64,000 nt of DNA from Octopus sinensis (GCF_006345805.1 NC_043015.1:38068001-38132000), one strand, 5' to 3'; positions 12,120-26,152 are shown, counted from the stretch's first letter. Made by a program: numbers and translations. The notes: generated from the sequence alone by a model not told the origin.

Positions 12120-13075
12120 TAATGGCATAAATTAGCACAAGACGGCATCATTCGATCGTTGTGGAGTAATGAGGGATAGAAATATCAAGGAGTGCTGAAA
12201 GATGATAGAATAATGGAAGAAAAAATGAGAGAGATCGTCTCTAAAGAGTATGAGAGGAGAATTAGGAAGCTGCTCGAAACAAAATTAACTGGAGGGAACA
12301 TCATTAAATCTATAAATACATGGGCTATGCCCGTATTGGGGTGCTCTGCTCCCTTTCTGAAATGGACAAAGATCGAGCTGCAGAACTTGGGTAGAAAAAA
12401 CTAGAAAGCTATTCTAGATGCATAACGCCCTCCACATTAAAGCAATTCTGACCGACTCTATCTACCAAGAAAGGAAGGTGGTAGAGGATTACTAAACGCA
12501 GAAGTCACGGTCAACATTGTGATACTGGGTTTGAAAAATTATGCTGCCCAGAATAAAGAAAGGATTTTATCGGCCGCAGAGATAACCAAAAAGTGATTGA
12601 AACACGAGGAAAATTCAAAGAGAAAAGGAAGAACAACAGAGCAAACAAATGGAAAGAGATAGCACTACATGGCCATTTCATGCAAGAAACCGAGAATGTC
12701 GAAAGTAAAGACTACTGGCTCTGGTTGACGGACGGGAACTTGAAACGAGAGACAGAAACACTAATTATAGCCGCCCAGGAGCAAGCTCTTAGAACGAAAC
12801 TGATGAGTGCAAAGATCGACAAAACTCAATCAGACAACAATTGTTGGATCTGCAGGAAAGGAGACGAAAGTGAGTGCAGTGTACTAGCACAAAAGGAGTA
12901 TAAGCGCAGACATAACAGTCGAGGCAAAAGAGTGCATTGAGAAGTTAGCCGAGGTATGGCTTCAAAACAACACAAAACTGGTATGCCAATGATTCAAAAG
13001 CTATGAGAGAAAATGAGAATTATAAGATGTTGTGAAACTTCCCTATAAAGACTGATGATACCATTGAAGTAATAA
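12120..13075 (+). mobile_element. R4/Dong-type LINE fragment
   Basis: KLTGGNIIKSINTWAMP, RLYLPRKEGGRGL, LHGHF, LKRETETLIIAAQEQAL, YKRRH. Confidence 0.88.
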
Positions 13076-13084
13076 TAATTGTTT

Positions 13085-13278
13085 CTCATTTAGGCAGTAG
13101 ATCGGTAATTTTGTGGAGAGTCTATTAATCGGTAGCATCGATCCCAGTACTTGACTGTTATTTTATTTTATTGACCCAAGAGGAATGAAAAGTGAAGTTA
13201 ACCACGGCGGGATTTGAATTCAGAAAGCACAGCTCTGGAACAAATACCACAAGGCATTGTGTCCGATGCTTTACCGAA
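13085..13278 (-). mobile_element. SINE family A, degenerate
   Basis: Reverse complement of the family A body (GATCCCAGTAC...GGAATGAAAAG...GGATTTGAATTCAGAA). Confidence 0.65.
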
Positions 13279-14224
13279 ACAACAACAACAACAACAGCAG
13301 CAATAATTATGATGATGATGATGATGATTATTATTGTGATGATGATGATGATAAAATCTTAAAAAACTAAAAATGTGAACGAAAGTGGAAGAAAATAGAT
13401 AAAAAATTCCTTGTCAAAAAATTCCCTGTGAAAGACAATAAATTCATAAATAAGTAAACAAATATAAGCTACAAAAAAAAAAAGAAAGGAACACAAAACA
13501 TGATAATCTCTAGTCTTAAATTATTATTCTTCGGAATATCCGTGACAGTCTACCAAAATTCCTAATGGAATTTTGATTACCATCCGGCACCAGTAGAGGA
13601 TGTAATCAGTCTACGGAAAATTACTTCAACTTTGCTGTGTTTATGTAATTTATCATCGGAGAAAAAGAAGAAAAAAGAAATAAAAAGACATTTCTCTCTC
13701 TCTCTTCTTCGCTCCCTCTGTCTCTCATTCTGTGCCACACTCCAGTTTTTTAATATTTTTTGCTTCTAAAAGAAAATAACAACAGTAACGTCGTCAACAA
13801 CAACAAAAACAACAACGACGACGACGATAAAGGAAAGTAACATCGGTTAAATGAAAAAACAAACAAAACAAACAATAGAAATTACAGTTGCAACAACGAT
13901 TAATAAAATATAACAACAATAACAACAACATCCGAAACAAAATCGTCGTCATCAACAACAACAACAACATCAGATAATAAAAACAACTATAACTACAACA
14001 GACGTATAATCTGCGTTGTTCTGTTAGTATGGAAAAACACAAGCTTCAAGTGACATGGAGAAAGAACTTGTACGTGACCCTTCGACCTGATAGAAACAGC
14101 AGCTTAAAGTCTCTCTCAAGTTACACATAAATCTTACCATTTTTTTTTAAAAAAGGAGGGACGTATTGAATAATAGAGGCCTAAGAGTATTGAACTTGAG
14201 ACAAATATATATATATGGAGAGAA

Positions 14225-14885
14225 CGTGTCAGAAAAATGTAGAGCCTGTGAAACTTAGAACGAGACGGTGGCACACATTGTGGGAGAATGCCCCCAAGTT
14301 GGCACAGGAAGGATATAAGAAATAGAGGCACGACTAGGTTGCTATACACTGGAAACTGTGCCCCCCCCCCAAAAAAAAAACAGGATTTGAAACTGGAAAC
14401 ACGTGGTACAATCAGCAAGTCGAAAGAGAACTGGAGTCGGGGGAATGTAAAATTTTGTAGGACTTCCATATTCAAACGGACAAGAAATTAGAAAATAATA
14501 GACCAGATATTACGATCATAGATAACGAAAAGCGGAGTTGTTTACTTATCGACCCATCATGCTCGTTTGATTCCAGGACCGTAAAGAGAGAGGGAGAATA
14601 GCAAAGCAAATACAATCCTTTAAAATTTGAAAGAGCAAGAATTGGGAGAGTAAAGGTCATACCTACAATAATTGGTGCGTTGGGGACAATAAGCAAAGAT
14701 ATAGAAAAATGGCTGAAGGAGATTGAAATAGAATGTCCGGTAGAGCTACGGCAGAAAGTTTGTCTCTTAGGGACAGCAAGGGTTATGAAGAGGGTTCTAA
14801 GCACTTGAAATACTGCCGAAAACGTGAGGATACCTAAGGTTACAGGTAGTAACCAGCTACCCACACAAAATCTTACCAGAAATAA
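14225..14885 (+). mobile_element. R4/Dong-type LINE 3' fragment (REL domain + 3' UTR)
   Basis: C..C...ETVAHIVGEC, RHD, DFHIQTDKKLENNRPDI, IIGALG, LLGTARVMKRVLST*. Confidence 0.85.
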
Positions 14886-15319
14886 CACCAAACTTGAGAT
14901 TTGTTTCAATAAACAGAAAATAAATAAGATGGCGAATAACGAACATCATGAACGAGCATCAGTGAGCTCCTTGCGAGAAAGGATTAAATCCGAGATCACC
15001 GCCGAACAGGATTTAAGAAACCGGAGAGAAAAAGAAAGAAAAACAATGAAAGAAAATTGTGTTTTTTAATGTAATTCATTTCAGGAAAGCGAAATATGTC
15101 TCTTATATATGAAACATAGTTGCTGCCAGACACGATGTCACCGCTAGTTTAAAATGCGAAGCCAAACTAGGCGAAATTTGAACTCAGAATGTAAAGACGG
15201 ACAAAATACCGCCAATCATCTTGTCAGGCACGGGGAACGATTTTGCCAGACCACCGTCTTAACAACAACAACAATAATAATAATAATAATAATAATAATA
15301 GTTATTATTATTATTATTA

Positions 15320-15440
15320 TGGAACTGCTCGAATACTCCGGAAGGTGCTCGAAAAGTAAGAGGTGTTACCTTAGTTCACAGGTAGTGAACAGCTGACACC
15401 GTAGTACATCTCCAGCGCTAGAAGCTGTGCAAAGGCAATG
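15320..15440 (+). mobile_element. R4/Dong-type LINE extreme 3' end
   Basis: GTARILRKVLEK* terminus followed by a short 3' UTR; between ATT and GAT repeats. Confidence 0.6.
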
Positions 15441-15469
15441 ATGATGTTGATGATAATCATACCATAATC

Positions 15470-17440
15470 TGGAATATGTGCGGCAAAGACACACTCATGG
15501 CACAGGAAGAAATACTACCAAGGGAACAAAAAGGATGTAGGAAGGGTTCTCAGGGTACAAAGGATCACCTGGTCACTGATAAAACAGTTTTGAAGCATTG
15601 TAAAAAACATCATACAAACATGCTATGGCTTGGATTGACTTTAAGAAGGCATATGATATGATACCTCATTCTTGGATCGTTGTATGCCTGCAGATGCTTG
15701 GTGTTGCTGACAACATCACAAATTTTTCTGATGCATAGCATGAAAGAGAGGAAAACCAAATTGTACTCAAGTAATGTATTCCTTGGAGAAGTTACTATTA
15801 AAAGGGAAATCTTCCAAGGTGACTCGTTTTCTCCGTTACTTTTGTAATTGCACTAATACCCATAACAATGACACTTAGGAAAGTTAAAATGGGTTACCGA
15901 TGTGGGAAGAAAGGCCCATCATTGAACCATATTCTGTTTATGGATGACCTGAAATTGCTTGGGAATGTGAAAAACAGATAGATTCCTTAGCCAAAACAGT
16001 CCAGAAGTGTGGTAGAGACATCGGTATGGGATTTAGGATTATCAAATGTTCAGTACTTAATATGAAAGGGGGGGAAGAAATCAGCCTACAGAGGATTGCG
16101 GTTACCATCAGGAGAGACCATGGGTGCACTCGACGGTAATGGGTATAGATATTTAGGAATTTGGGAGTTGGATGACATTCTACATGGAGAAATGAAAGTC
16201 AAGGTCAGCGAGGCGTATCAAAAACGGTAAAGATGGTGTTGAATGCCAAAAATGTGATAACCGCAATGAATATCTGGGCAGTTGTGGTGATCAGATATAG
16301 TGCGTCCATCCTCGAATGAACTAAGGAGGAAATATCAACACTGGATTGAAGGACGAGAAAGTTGATGACGCTGCATGGGGCGCTACACCCTAAAGCAAAC
16401 GTAAAAAGATTGTTTATGAAAAGAAAGAATGGGGCAGAGGCCTAATTAGTATAGACCATTGTATGAGTGAGAGGAGAGCGCTTGCCGAGTATTTGATAAA
16501 TAGAAATGAAGACCTACAGCAATATGCCGCGAAAGATAAGGGTGTAAATGCAGATGAAATGATGGGCAAGGAAGAGTTTAACCAAAGAGCAGATGAAAAA
16601 AGAAAAGAAGACCTTATTGAAATGAAAATGCACGGACATTTTGAAAAGAATACACAAGACGTTAAGGACAATACAGTATCGTGGATTGAGTGAGGTGATT
16701 TGAAGCGTACTACCGAAAGTCTAATCTATGCTGCACAAGACCAGGCTCTCTCTACCAATTCAGTGAAGTATAAAATCTATAAAACTTTTGACACTCAGAA
16801 ATGCAGACTCTGTGGAAAATTTAACCCACATGGTTAGTGGATGTGAGAGTCTTGCACAAAAAGAATACAAGCGCCGCCACGATAAAGTGTGCGTGTATCT
16901 TCATTGGCTCTTATGCTGTAAATACCAATATGAAGTATCAGAAAACTGGTATGTACCAGGTAAAGTTATGCAGGAAGATGAAAAAGTAACGATACACTTG
17001 GGCTATGATTTTCAGATGGATCGTATAATCGAACACCGTCGGCCGGATATTGTCATATTGGTTAAGAGTGACAAATATTGTCAGATCATTGATGTAGCCA
17101 TACCAAATGACATGAATGTTGTGAATAAAGAGGTTGAAAAAATCACCAAGTACTCTGAATTGAAAGTGGAAATGGCTAGATTGTATGAAATGCGAGAGGG
17201 TAATGTAAAAGTGATACCAGTGGTGATCAGAGCGTTGGGCTCAATCCCATTAAAACTTCAAGACTTAAGGCAACTGGAAATCCCCATGCAACATTGATGT
17301 CTTGCAAAAAGCAGCCTTATTGGGCACAGCGCACATCTTAAGGAAATATTATCTGTCTGAGGTCATTGTTGGTACTTGACAAATGACTAAAGACTCCGGT
17401 GCATTTTTACCTACACTGTGTGACGAAGCAATAATATTAA
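15470..17440 (+). mobile_element. R4/Dong-type LINE, RT + REL region, decayed
   Basis: [66 protein letters not shown]; TAA-like tail. Confidence 0.92.
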
Positions 17441-18292
17441 TAAATGTAAACAACAAAACAAAATGAAACCATTGATCATGTTGTTTCCATGTGCAGTCTT
17501 GCGCCTACATAATATCTCAACAGGCACGGTAGACCAACACATTATATTCACTGGGTAATTTGCAAGACTTAGACCTGCCTCATGATAAAAACTGGTGAGA
17601 ACATCAACCACTTGAAAATGATCACATATCACTCCTTTGGAACTCTATCATTTAAACTGACAGAAAGATAGATGCAAATAAGCCAGACAATATATATGAA
17701 AGATTTCAAACAAAAGCATGCCTCCTCGTTGATACGACTGTGCCTATCGACATAAATGTATCAGTCAAGACCTACCAAAAACTAAGCAAGTATAAAGATC
17801 TTGAAATGGAAATTGGCAAAATGTGGAACCTCAAGTCTAAAACAATACATGTTGTCATAGGAGCTCTAGGAATGACAGCAAAAGGGTCTAATTGCTAACT
17901 AGCTAAGATATCAGGAAATCAAAAAACGGACGAAATAAAAAAAAATATTGCTCATAGGAACTACCCACATCCTACGTAAAATATTGTCTATGTAATCTCC
18001 AAAACATTTTGATCCGTAAACAGTGTCAAAATACTTTTAAATGTACATAACAGCAAACACCTTTTACCGCCATCTTAGCATCAGACTATCATTTTACAAA
18101 TGTAATTTCTTTTAAAAAACAAACTTTTAATTTACTTATGTTTTGACAGACATTCTCTAGAACAACACTCAGTGCAAAACCAAATATATGGCACTCTAGT
18201 CATAACACCAACTTAAACTTCTAACTTGTTGTCTCTTGAGGTCTCTGAGTGAGACATGGAGTCAACTTGTACAAATACAAAGCAAAAACCAA
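17441..18292 (+). mobile_element. Second R4/Dong-type LINE 3' fragment directly behind the previous one
   Basis: IDHVVS.CAVLAP, TDRKIDANKPD, KLSKYKDLEMEIGKMWNLK, GTTHILRKILSM*; 3' UTR ends before (CTA)n/(TAA)n. Confidence 0.85.
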
Positions 18293-18365
18293 TCATCTAC
18301 TACTACTACTACTACTACTACTACTAATAATATAATAATAATAATAATAATAATAACAATAATAA

Positions 18366-18786
18366 ATGCTCTGATGCAGTACCAGGCAGTGGCTCTCATG
18401 GCTTCTGATCTCAAATGATTGGAAGTGTTATCATGTACATTGTTTGGTCTTGGTATAAAAGATGGGCTACAGCAAATATTCTGCTCAATAACACAGATTT
18501 GCTTGTCAGTTGTTTGACCTTAACCCGTTGAGCATGTCCCTTAGTGGCTGACGATATTTGCATCTCTGATCATGAGCAGAAGTAGTGGGGGAGCATCATA
18601 GCCATGTGTCGAAAGGAATTCTTTGGGATTTGGATAATTCACCTCTGGAAACATGGGTGTTCTGTTCATCATCCTTAAACAAATCTCATTCGGGGACCTT
18701 TTGAGCGAGAAGAAAAATGGGTATATTGGGCTTCATATATTTGTACCCCAGTGTCACTTTGATGGCATTCGCTGCTCTCTCACTTG

Positions 18787-18788
<2 letters not shown>
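18366..18788 (+). mobile_element. Unclassified interspersed repeat (family C) with (TAA)n tail; probable retroposon
   Basis: Homologous copies at 25670-26152 (+) and 39864-40200 (-); shared 3' end TTTGTACCCCAGTGTCACTTTGATGGC...CTCAC then TAA repeats. Confidence 0.7.
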
Positions 18789-18832
<44 letters not shown>

Positions 18833-19443
18833 GAATTTGAATACTGTTTCTTCTTACCTGTGATTATGATTGTTGGGAAACGTGACGGTGTGGCCATGTA
18901 ACTCTCAAGAAGGAAGCCTTGTAAAGAATTAATATCCAGGCGTTTGGTTACATCAGGTAAAGACTTCAGGGCTTTGAACTTAGCATCGTTTGCATTACGT
19001 GCAGTCTCGCGTGATTTCAATTCTTTGTCGCCATACGGGTAGATTATTGTTTCAGCGTTTTCCAAGGTGGTGTATTCCTAAAACAAAAAGGAAAGAAAAA
19101 ATATTTATACATTTATTTGTATGTAGCATGCTGTCTCGTGGGTATTGATTTTTGTTGAATTGATTTAGAATATACTCCACACTTGTGAGTGTATGGAAAG
19201 TACCCCCACCCCGCACACACTTTCAGTCAATTCATCAACCTATAAGACTGGCCATGAACGCACCCAATCACACATCTGAAACAGCTGTAAGCCTATCATA
19301 AATAAATGTATATAACACATTTCTCTTTATTTAATATATCACTGGAAAAATACACAATCTTAACTAAATATACATACCCCACCCCTCAACATATATGTAC
19401 ATATATATTAATAGTTTGTTTCGGCATTGCGATGTTGAGAACT

Positions 19444-19519
<76 letters not shown>

Positions 19520-19841
19520 GCATATCATTATTCATTCTCACTTCAAGACCTCCTGCCAACAGAGAAATAGCTGGTCTCCAAACTAGATCCCAGTCTCCCT
19601 CATTGAAACCTCAACATCAACAACAGGGTGTTTCTCTCTGTATGTTTGTATGCGTGTATGCATATATGTATATGTGCAGACGCGCATGCCTTGCTCTATG
19701 TATGTATTCTCATGCATATAGTTGCATATCCAGACACGCTCACACATTTGTATGAATATATTTAACGCCTTATTGTGAAACATATGAATTCTAGCATCCG
19801 CTTATTAATATCACCATACCCAAGCAAAACATTTATATATA

Positions 19842-19897
<56 letters not shown>

Positions 19898-19960
19898 TAT
19901 ATATAAGTTTGAAAATGGAGAGATCCAATGGATATAAATCAATTTATTAATTATTTAACA

Positions 19961-20054
19961 TTGCCTACAATTGTTTCACTTCACATCCAATTTGAATTAC
20001 AAAACGTATATAAGTTGCTTTATGAATAGTCTAGATGTAAGATCTTCCGGGCAA
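19961..20054 (-). ncRNA. Type I hammerhead ribozyme motif with a core substitution
   Basis: Minus strand: UUGCC-CGGAAGA-U-CUUACAUC...GAUGUGAAG-U-GAAAC-AAUU-GUA-GGCAA; perfect 5-bp stem I, palindromic ACAAUUGU. Confidence 0.65.
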
Positions 20055-20534
20055 AATGGAGATTATAGAGTTTACATTCTGATCAACTGATATACCCCAA
20101 CAAACTAAGCAAATGAAAGTGTGTTTATTTTGTGCATATGCATGTGTATGTGCACGCATACGTTAATATTTTTATTTAAACACTATCATCATCATAATAA
20201 TAATAATAATAATAATAATAGTATATTAATTAAAGTGTATATGAATAAAAATAAAGGATAAGAATAAAGATTAATTATAGATATCTATTATTAATCTTTA
20301 TTATTAATCTTTATTTTTATACATTGTCTTTTATGAAGTAACTTATATCCATTGAATATTTCCAGTTATCAATAATATTTGATGTTTTATAATATATTTA
20401 TTGAAGAAATATCTCTTCAAAATACAATATATTAAACCAGGCTATCTCGGAAAAACTATCCCTATAAGAGGTATAAGTATCCTCATATATATATATATAC
20501 ATACATACACACACACACACACACAGACACACAG

Positions 20535-20576
<42 letters not shown>

Positions 20577-20760
20577 TTCATCATGTTGAACCATTAATCC
20601 TTACACATTTTTCTCTCTCCGTTCTTTTCCCATTGATCCTTTCTGTCGAAGAGCGTACGCTCGAAACGTGAAAGACTTGTCAATTCTTCCCGAGCGTTAA
20701 ACTAATACAACTGCCTGTTTTTCCTACACCTGTCTTCGACTTTCGTTTTCTGTAAATTTC

Positions 20761-20829
<69 letters not shown>

Positions 20830-20830
<1 letters not shown>

Positions 20831-21416
20831 TACCATTATGACCCGACGTTGCCGGGTCATAGTGCTAGTGCATGTATATATGTGTACATATTACATGTAC
20901 ATCTATATATATATATAGATATAGTCTTTTATGTATAATAGTCCATCTGGACTATTCCATTACTGCACACTAATTTTATTTTTAATTTATTCCCATTCAT
21001 ATGAAACCACTTATTCAAGTTCAAATCATTGATGCAATTTTATACCAATTGCTATTTTTACTTTTGTTATGTTACGATTATATTATACTTTAGTTTGATT
21101 TTAATTATTACTTACTACATATAATTCAATTGTTATTATTATTTTTATTGTTAAAGTGAAAGTATCTGACATAAAATAGAGAAATGTTTCTGTTTCACTT
21201 TTAACACGTAATGCTGAAATAGTGGAGAAGATATGATATTGCTATGGGCTCGCTCTAGGCAAGAGGTTGAACATTTTTTTGCCCATGAAACTACATGGAC
21301 CCCAAGTAAGGCATGTGTAAAATTTGAATGAAATCGGTTGTGTAGTTCTCAAGTTTTAGGGAAACACACAGACAGACACACAGTCAGACAGGCATTCTCA
21401 GTTTTATTTATATAGA
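20830..21416 (-). mobile_element. Non-autonomous Helitron-like element
   Basis: Minus strand starts A|TCTATATAAATAAAA with a (CTGT)-like repeat and GATTTCATTCAAATTT; ends with hairpin ATGACCCG/CGGGTCAT and GTAG|T. Confidence 0.65.
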
Positions 21417-22036
21417 TACACACATGCATCCTCATATCTATCTTTATTCAGGAAGGAATGCAAGGCATCCGGCTCTTTACAAGGCCTCCAACAATATTGA
21501 GAGAGAGACAGGGAGGTGGAGAGAGAGGAGGAGAGACGGTAACCTCAAGCCAGAAACCGGGAACAAAGTGTACTCCTATAAATGCATCCAAGATTGCATG
21601 TGTGGGGTTAAATTGGGCAACAAATCAAATCCAGCACCCAATATTTGAACTCAGAACAAAAAGAATAAAAATATTGCACGACACCCAGTTCAACGTCGAT
21701 TTAGTCCCGCCATACCATCGCCCTTAGATTGGTTCAATTTTAATCCTCCTGGCAAAGATGAAATACAAAGTTGAAAGAGGCGCGATTTGAAGTTAGAGCA
21801 CAGTAAATTGCCACAAATACTGCGAAGCATTCTGGCCGACGCTCTAACGATTCTGCCATTTAAAGTAAATAAAAAAGCAACGAAAAAAAAAAACCCAAAC
21901 GAGCAAAAGCAGCAGAATATTACGAAAATAGTATTAGTTTAATGTTTGAAGAGTTGAAACGAAGAGTCTTAACGTTTGGATGTTAATACTTCATGAGAAA
22001 CAAAACGTGAAATAGAAAGAGTGAGTGAGAGAGAGT

Positions 22037-22070
<34 letters not shown>

Positions 22071-22944
22071 GAGAGAGAAGAGAAATAGTCTTGTAATTTG
22101 CATGAGATATAGCTATTATTTCCATCATTTCAGATGATTCACCTGTGATTTCTTTGTGAAAAGTTGAATATAGGATGTTAGATACATAAATACCAGATAT
22201 GCATTGGGGCCAAATAAATTAACTGTTAGCCCTTTCACTGCAAATTCTACCACAATTCTGTCTCCAACTAAATTTCTTGTATGTAATATATAATATTTTA
22301 TAATATAATATAATATAGTATAATATCAGTAATAGTGCAACCGCTTGCAATGGCGCATTTCAACCAGAGGCTGCTTTCAAACACCAGATTGTTTTGACAG
22401 TTTCGTAATCTACAATTTTACGTAGGTAAATAAGCAGGCCATCGATCTATTAAGTATGTGTCTTGTGATAGAATTTCTTCCCGTCTCCAATATTCTATAG
22501 AAAAAAAAATCTCCAAAATCCAATAGTATAACAAAACGACAAAATTATGCAAAATTGCATGTCATCAAAATTACGTAGATATCTATTTTGTCATTTTTAT
22601 CTTTTAGTCTTTTTGATTTCGCCTTTTGCTGTCCTCTTTTTAATATTTTCTTTTTATTCTTCAATAACTGTTAATTACTCAATTCACTTGTCATAGACAG
22701 TAAAATAATTAATATTTTAAATTTCTCGGCGGCTGTTTCTCCCCAACCCAATCACTTCTCGTTTCCGCTCACTCACTATAACTTTCAAATTTTCAAATTT
22801 CATTTACTTTGATTCTGCGCTTTGAAATTGCGTATATTTGTTATTCATTATATGTTGGTTATTTACTGAATAATATATATTTTTGCTTATCTAATGTATG
22901 CATGTACTCTATTTTCTGCCTGTCTGTCTGTCTGTCTGTCTATA

Positions 22945-22984
<40 letters not shown>

Positions 22985-23232
22985 TATATATATATATGTA
23001 TGTATGTATGCATGTATACACAGACCTGTTCAATTTATCATTTATTAAATGTTTATATATTTATATTTCGTCTATCAATTATATTTTTCTACATTTCCGA
23101 ACATACCTCCTTCTACCACTGTCCGTATATGTGTGTGTGTATGTTTTGTGTATACATGCATACATACATACATATTTATATATAATATATATATATTATA
23201 TATATATATATATAATACATATATATATATAC

Positions 23233-23263
<31 letters not shown>

Positions 23264-23267
23264 CATA

Positions 23268-23298
<31 letters not shown>

Positions 23299-23382
23299 CA
23301 TATATATTATATAATATATATATATACTATATATATATATATATACATATATATAATACATATATATATATATATATATAAC

Positions 23383-23435
<53 letters not shown>

Positions 23436-23439
23436 ATAC

Positions 23440-23494
<55 letters not shown>

Positions 23495-23495
23495 C

Positions 23496-23564
<69 letters not shown>

Positions 23565-23660
23565 GATATATACATATGTGTGTGTGTGTGTGTATACGTA
23601 AATATACTTACATACAAACATATGTACATATATGTATATAAATATCATGATGTATGTATA
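22945..23660. repeat. (TA)n-rich microsatellite array
   Basis: Direct inspection. Confidence 0.95.
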
Positions 23661-23979
23661 TATGTATATATTTATCTATTTGTGTATTTATGTATCTACG
23701 AGTTGAAAACGCGTTAGTTTAATAAATAATGCATTTACTCATGCTGTGCTGATAGAGACCATGGGTAAGCGAGAGGTTTACACATGCGTACATGCATACG
23801 TATATGCGCGCGCACACACACACACACACACCACACACACACACAACACACACACACACACACATATTAAGTATATCCATATGTATATTTTCTATTCGTT
23901 ATTCATCTAATTGAAAAAGAATTGATATTTATTTTTAAATTGTATTTCACAAGAGTAATATTAATAATACTAACAGCAC

Positions 23980-24021
<42 letters not shown>

Positions 24022-24444
24022 AAACGTTCTGCGTGGCGTTCTAATTACTTGTGTCCTGCAACTACAACTAACAACGCCAATAGCAGCAGCACCACTACTA
24101 CCGCCGCCGCCACCACTGCTGCTGCTGGGAGGAGGGAGGGGCATCACCGCCAGCATCTTAACTCTTATCGTTGTTACCACGTGCAACCATCGCCACCACC
24201 GCAATCATCACCATCATCATTATCATAGCGATAAAAACAAATGATTTATCAATTGAAAATATATAAGTACAGCGTATATATTAATTTGTTTTATATTAAC
24301 AACAATAACAACTACAATGTTTATTGTTAATTATTTTCCTTTTCTGTTAATTAATTATATTTCATTTCTATAGTATGCCCATATTGCATCTAGGAAGCAG
24401 TTCTTAGCTGAAAACTCACTTTATCATTATCATAGTAGTAGTAA

Positions 24445-24694
24445 GGCGGTGAGCTGGATTATCGCTATTTCGTCTGCCGTTACGTTCTGAGTTCAAAATC
24501 CGCCTAAGTCGATAAATTAAGTACCACTTGCGTACTGTGGTCGATCTTATCGACTGGTCCCCTTCCCTAAAATTTCGGGCCTTGTGCCTAGAGTAAAAAA
24601 GAATATAAATATGATCATCACAGTAGCAGTAACGGCAACGAGCTGGCACAATCATTAGCGTTCCGGACAAAATGATTAGCAGCATTTCGTCCGC

Positions 24695-24731
<37 letters not shown>

Positions 24732-25604
24732 AACTACTACTACTACTACTACTACTACTACAACTACTACTACTACTACTACTATAATGATTACAAATTT
24801 TGGTACAAGGCCAGCAATCCCTGGAGAGGACATAAGTTAATTGCATCAACCCTAGTATTCAGTTGGTACTTAATTTATAGACCCCGAAAAGATGAAAGGC
24901 AAATTCGACCTCGGTGGAATTTGAACTCAGAACGCAAAGGCGGACGAAATGCTGCTAAGCATTTTGTCCGGAACGCTAACGGTTCTGTCAGCTGGCTGCC
25001 CTAATAAGACTCCTTTCTACTATAGGCACCAGGCCAGTAATTTCGGGAGAGGGGATTAATCGATTACATCGACCCCAGTACGAAACTGGTACTTATTTTT
25101 GTTCGACACTGAAAGGGATGGAAGTAAAGGTTGACGGATTTGAACTCAGACCGTCGAAATGGTGCTAACGAATCCTCGAGCTTGCTGCCTTAATAATAAT
25201 TATTATTTCAAAGTTTTGCCACAAGGGCAGATTGGGGGAGGTGGGGATGAGTCGATTACATCAACCCCAGTGTTCAACTGGTACTTATTTTATCGACCCT
25301 GAAAGGAAGAAAGGTAAAGTCGACCCGGTGGAATTGGAACTCAGAACGCAGCGGCAGACGAAATACCTATTTCTATTTCTTTACTACCCGCAAGGGGCTA
25401 AACACAGAGAGGACAAACAAGGACAGACAAACGGATTAAGCCGATTATATCGACCCCAGTGCATAACTGGTACTTATTTAATCGACCCTGAAAGGATGAA
25501 AGGCAAAGTCGACCTCGGCGGAATTTGAACTCAGAAGTCAGCGGCAGACGAAATACTGCTAAGTATTTCGCCCGGCGTACTAACGTTTCTGCCAACTCGC
25601 TGCC

Positions 25605-25605
<1 letters not shown>
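24445..25605. mobile_element. Cluster of about six SINE family A copies in both orientations, separated by (TAC)n/(TAA)n
   Basis: + copies ~24445-24605 and ~24640-24695; - copies ~24795-25000, ~25010-25190, ~25210-25365, ~25370-25605. Confidence 0.85.
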
Positions 25606-25669
<64 letters not shown>

Positions 25670-26152
25670 GTTTTGTCTTGTTGTAAATGATGGGCTACAA
25701 CATATATTTTGCTCAGTACTACAGACTTACTTGTCATTTGCTTGATCTTAACTCGTTAAGAATGTCCCTTACTGACTGATAATATATGCATCTCTGATCC
25801 TGAGTAGGATTAGACGGAAGAGCACCATAGCCATGTGTTGAGAAGGATTCTTTAGGGGTTTGAAAAATTCCTCCTTGGAAACATGAGTATTTTGTTCAAC
25901 ATCCTTAATCAACCTTTATTCACGGACATTTTTTAGCAGGACGGGCACACGATCTGAGTAAAATTCTAACTAGGCCCCACCTGCAAGGTTATGTGCTGTT
26001 TTTCTTGATATGAGGTCACCATATTGCGCACATTTGGTTGTGATCCATGTGCTAGAGAACCCTTAAGAGATGGGTAGTCATGCTGAGTATATTGGGCTTC
26101 ATATATTTGTACGCCAGTGTCACTTTGATGGCGTATGCAGTTCCCTCACTCA
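25670..26152 (+). mobile_element. Interspersed repeat family C copy
   Basis: Homologous to 18366-18788; follows (TAA)n. Confidence 0.7.
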
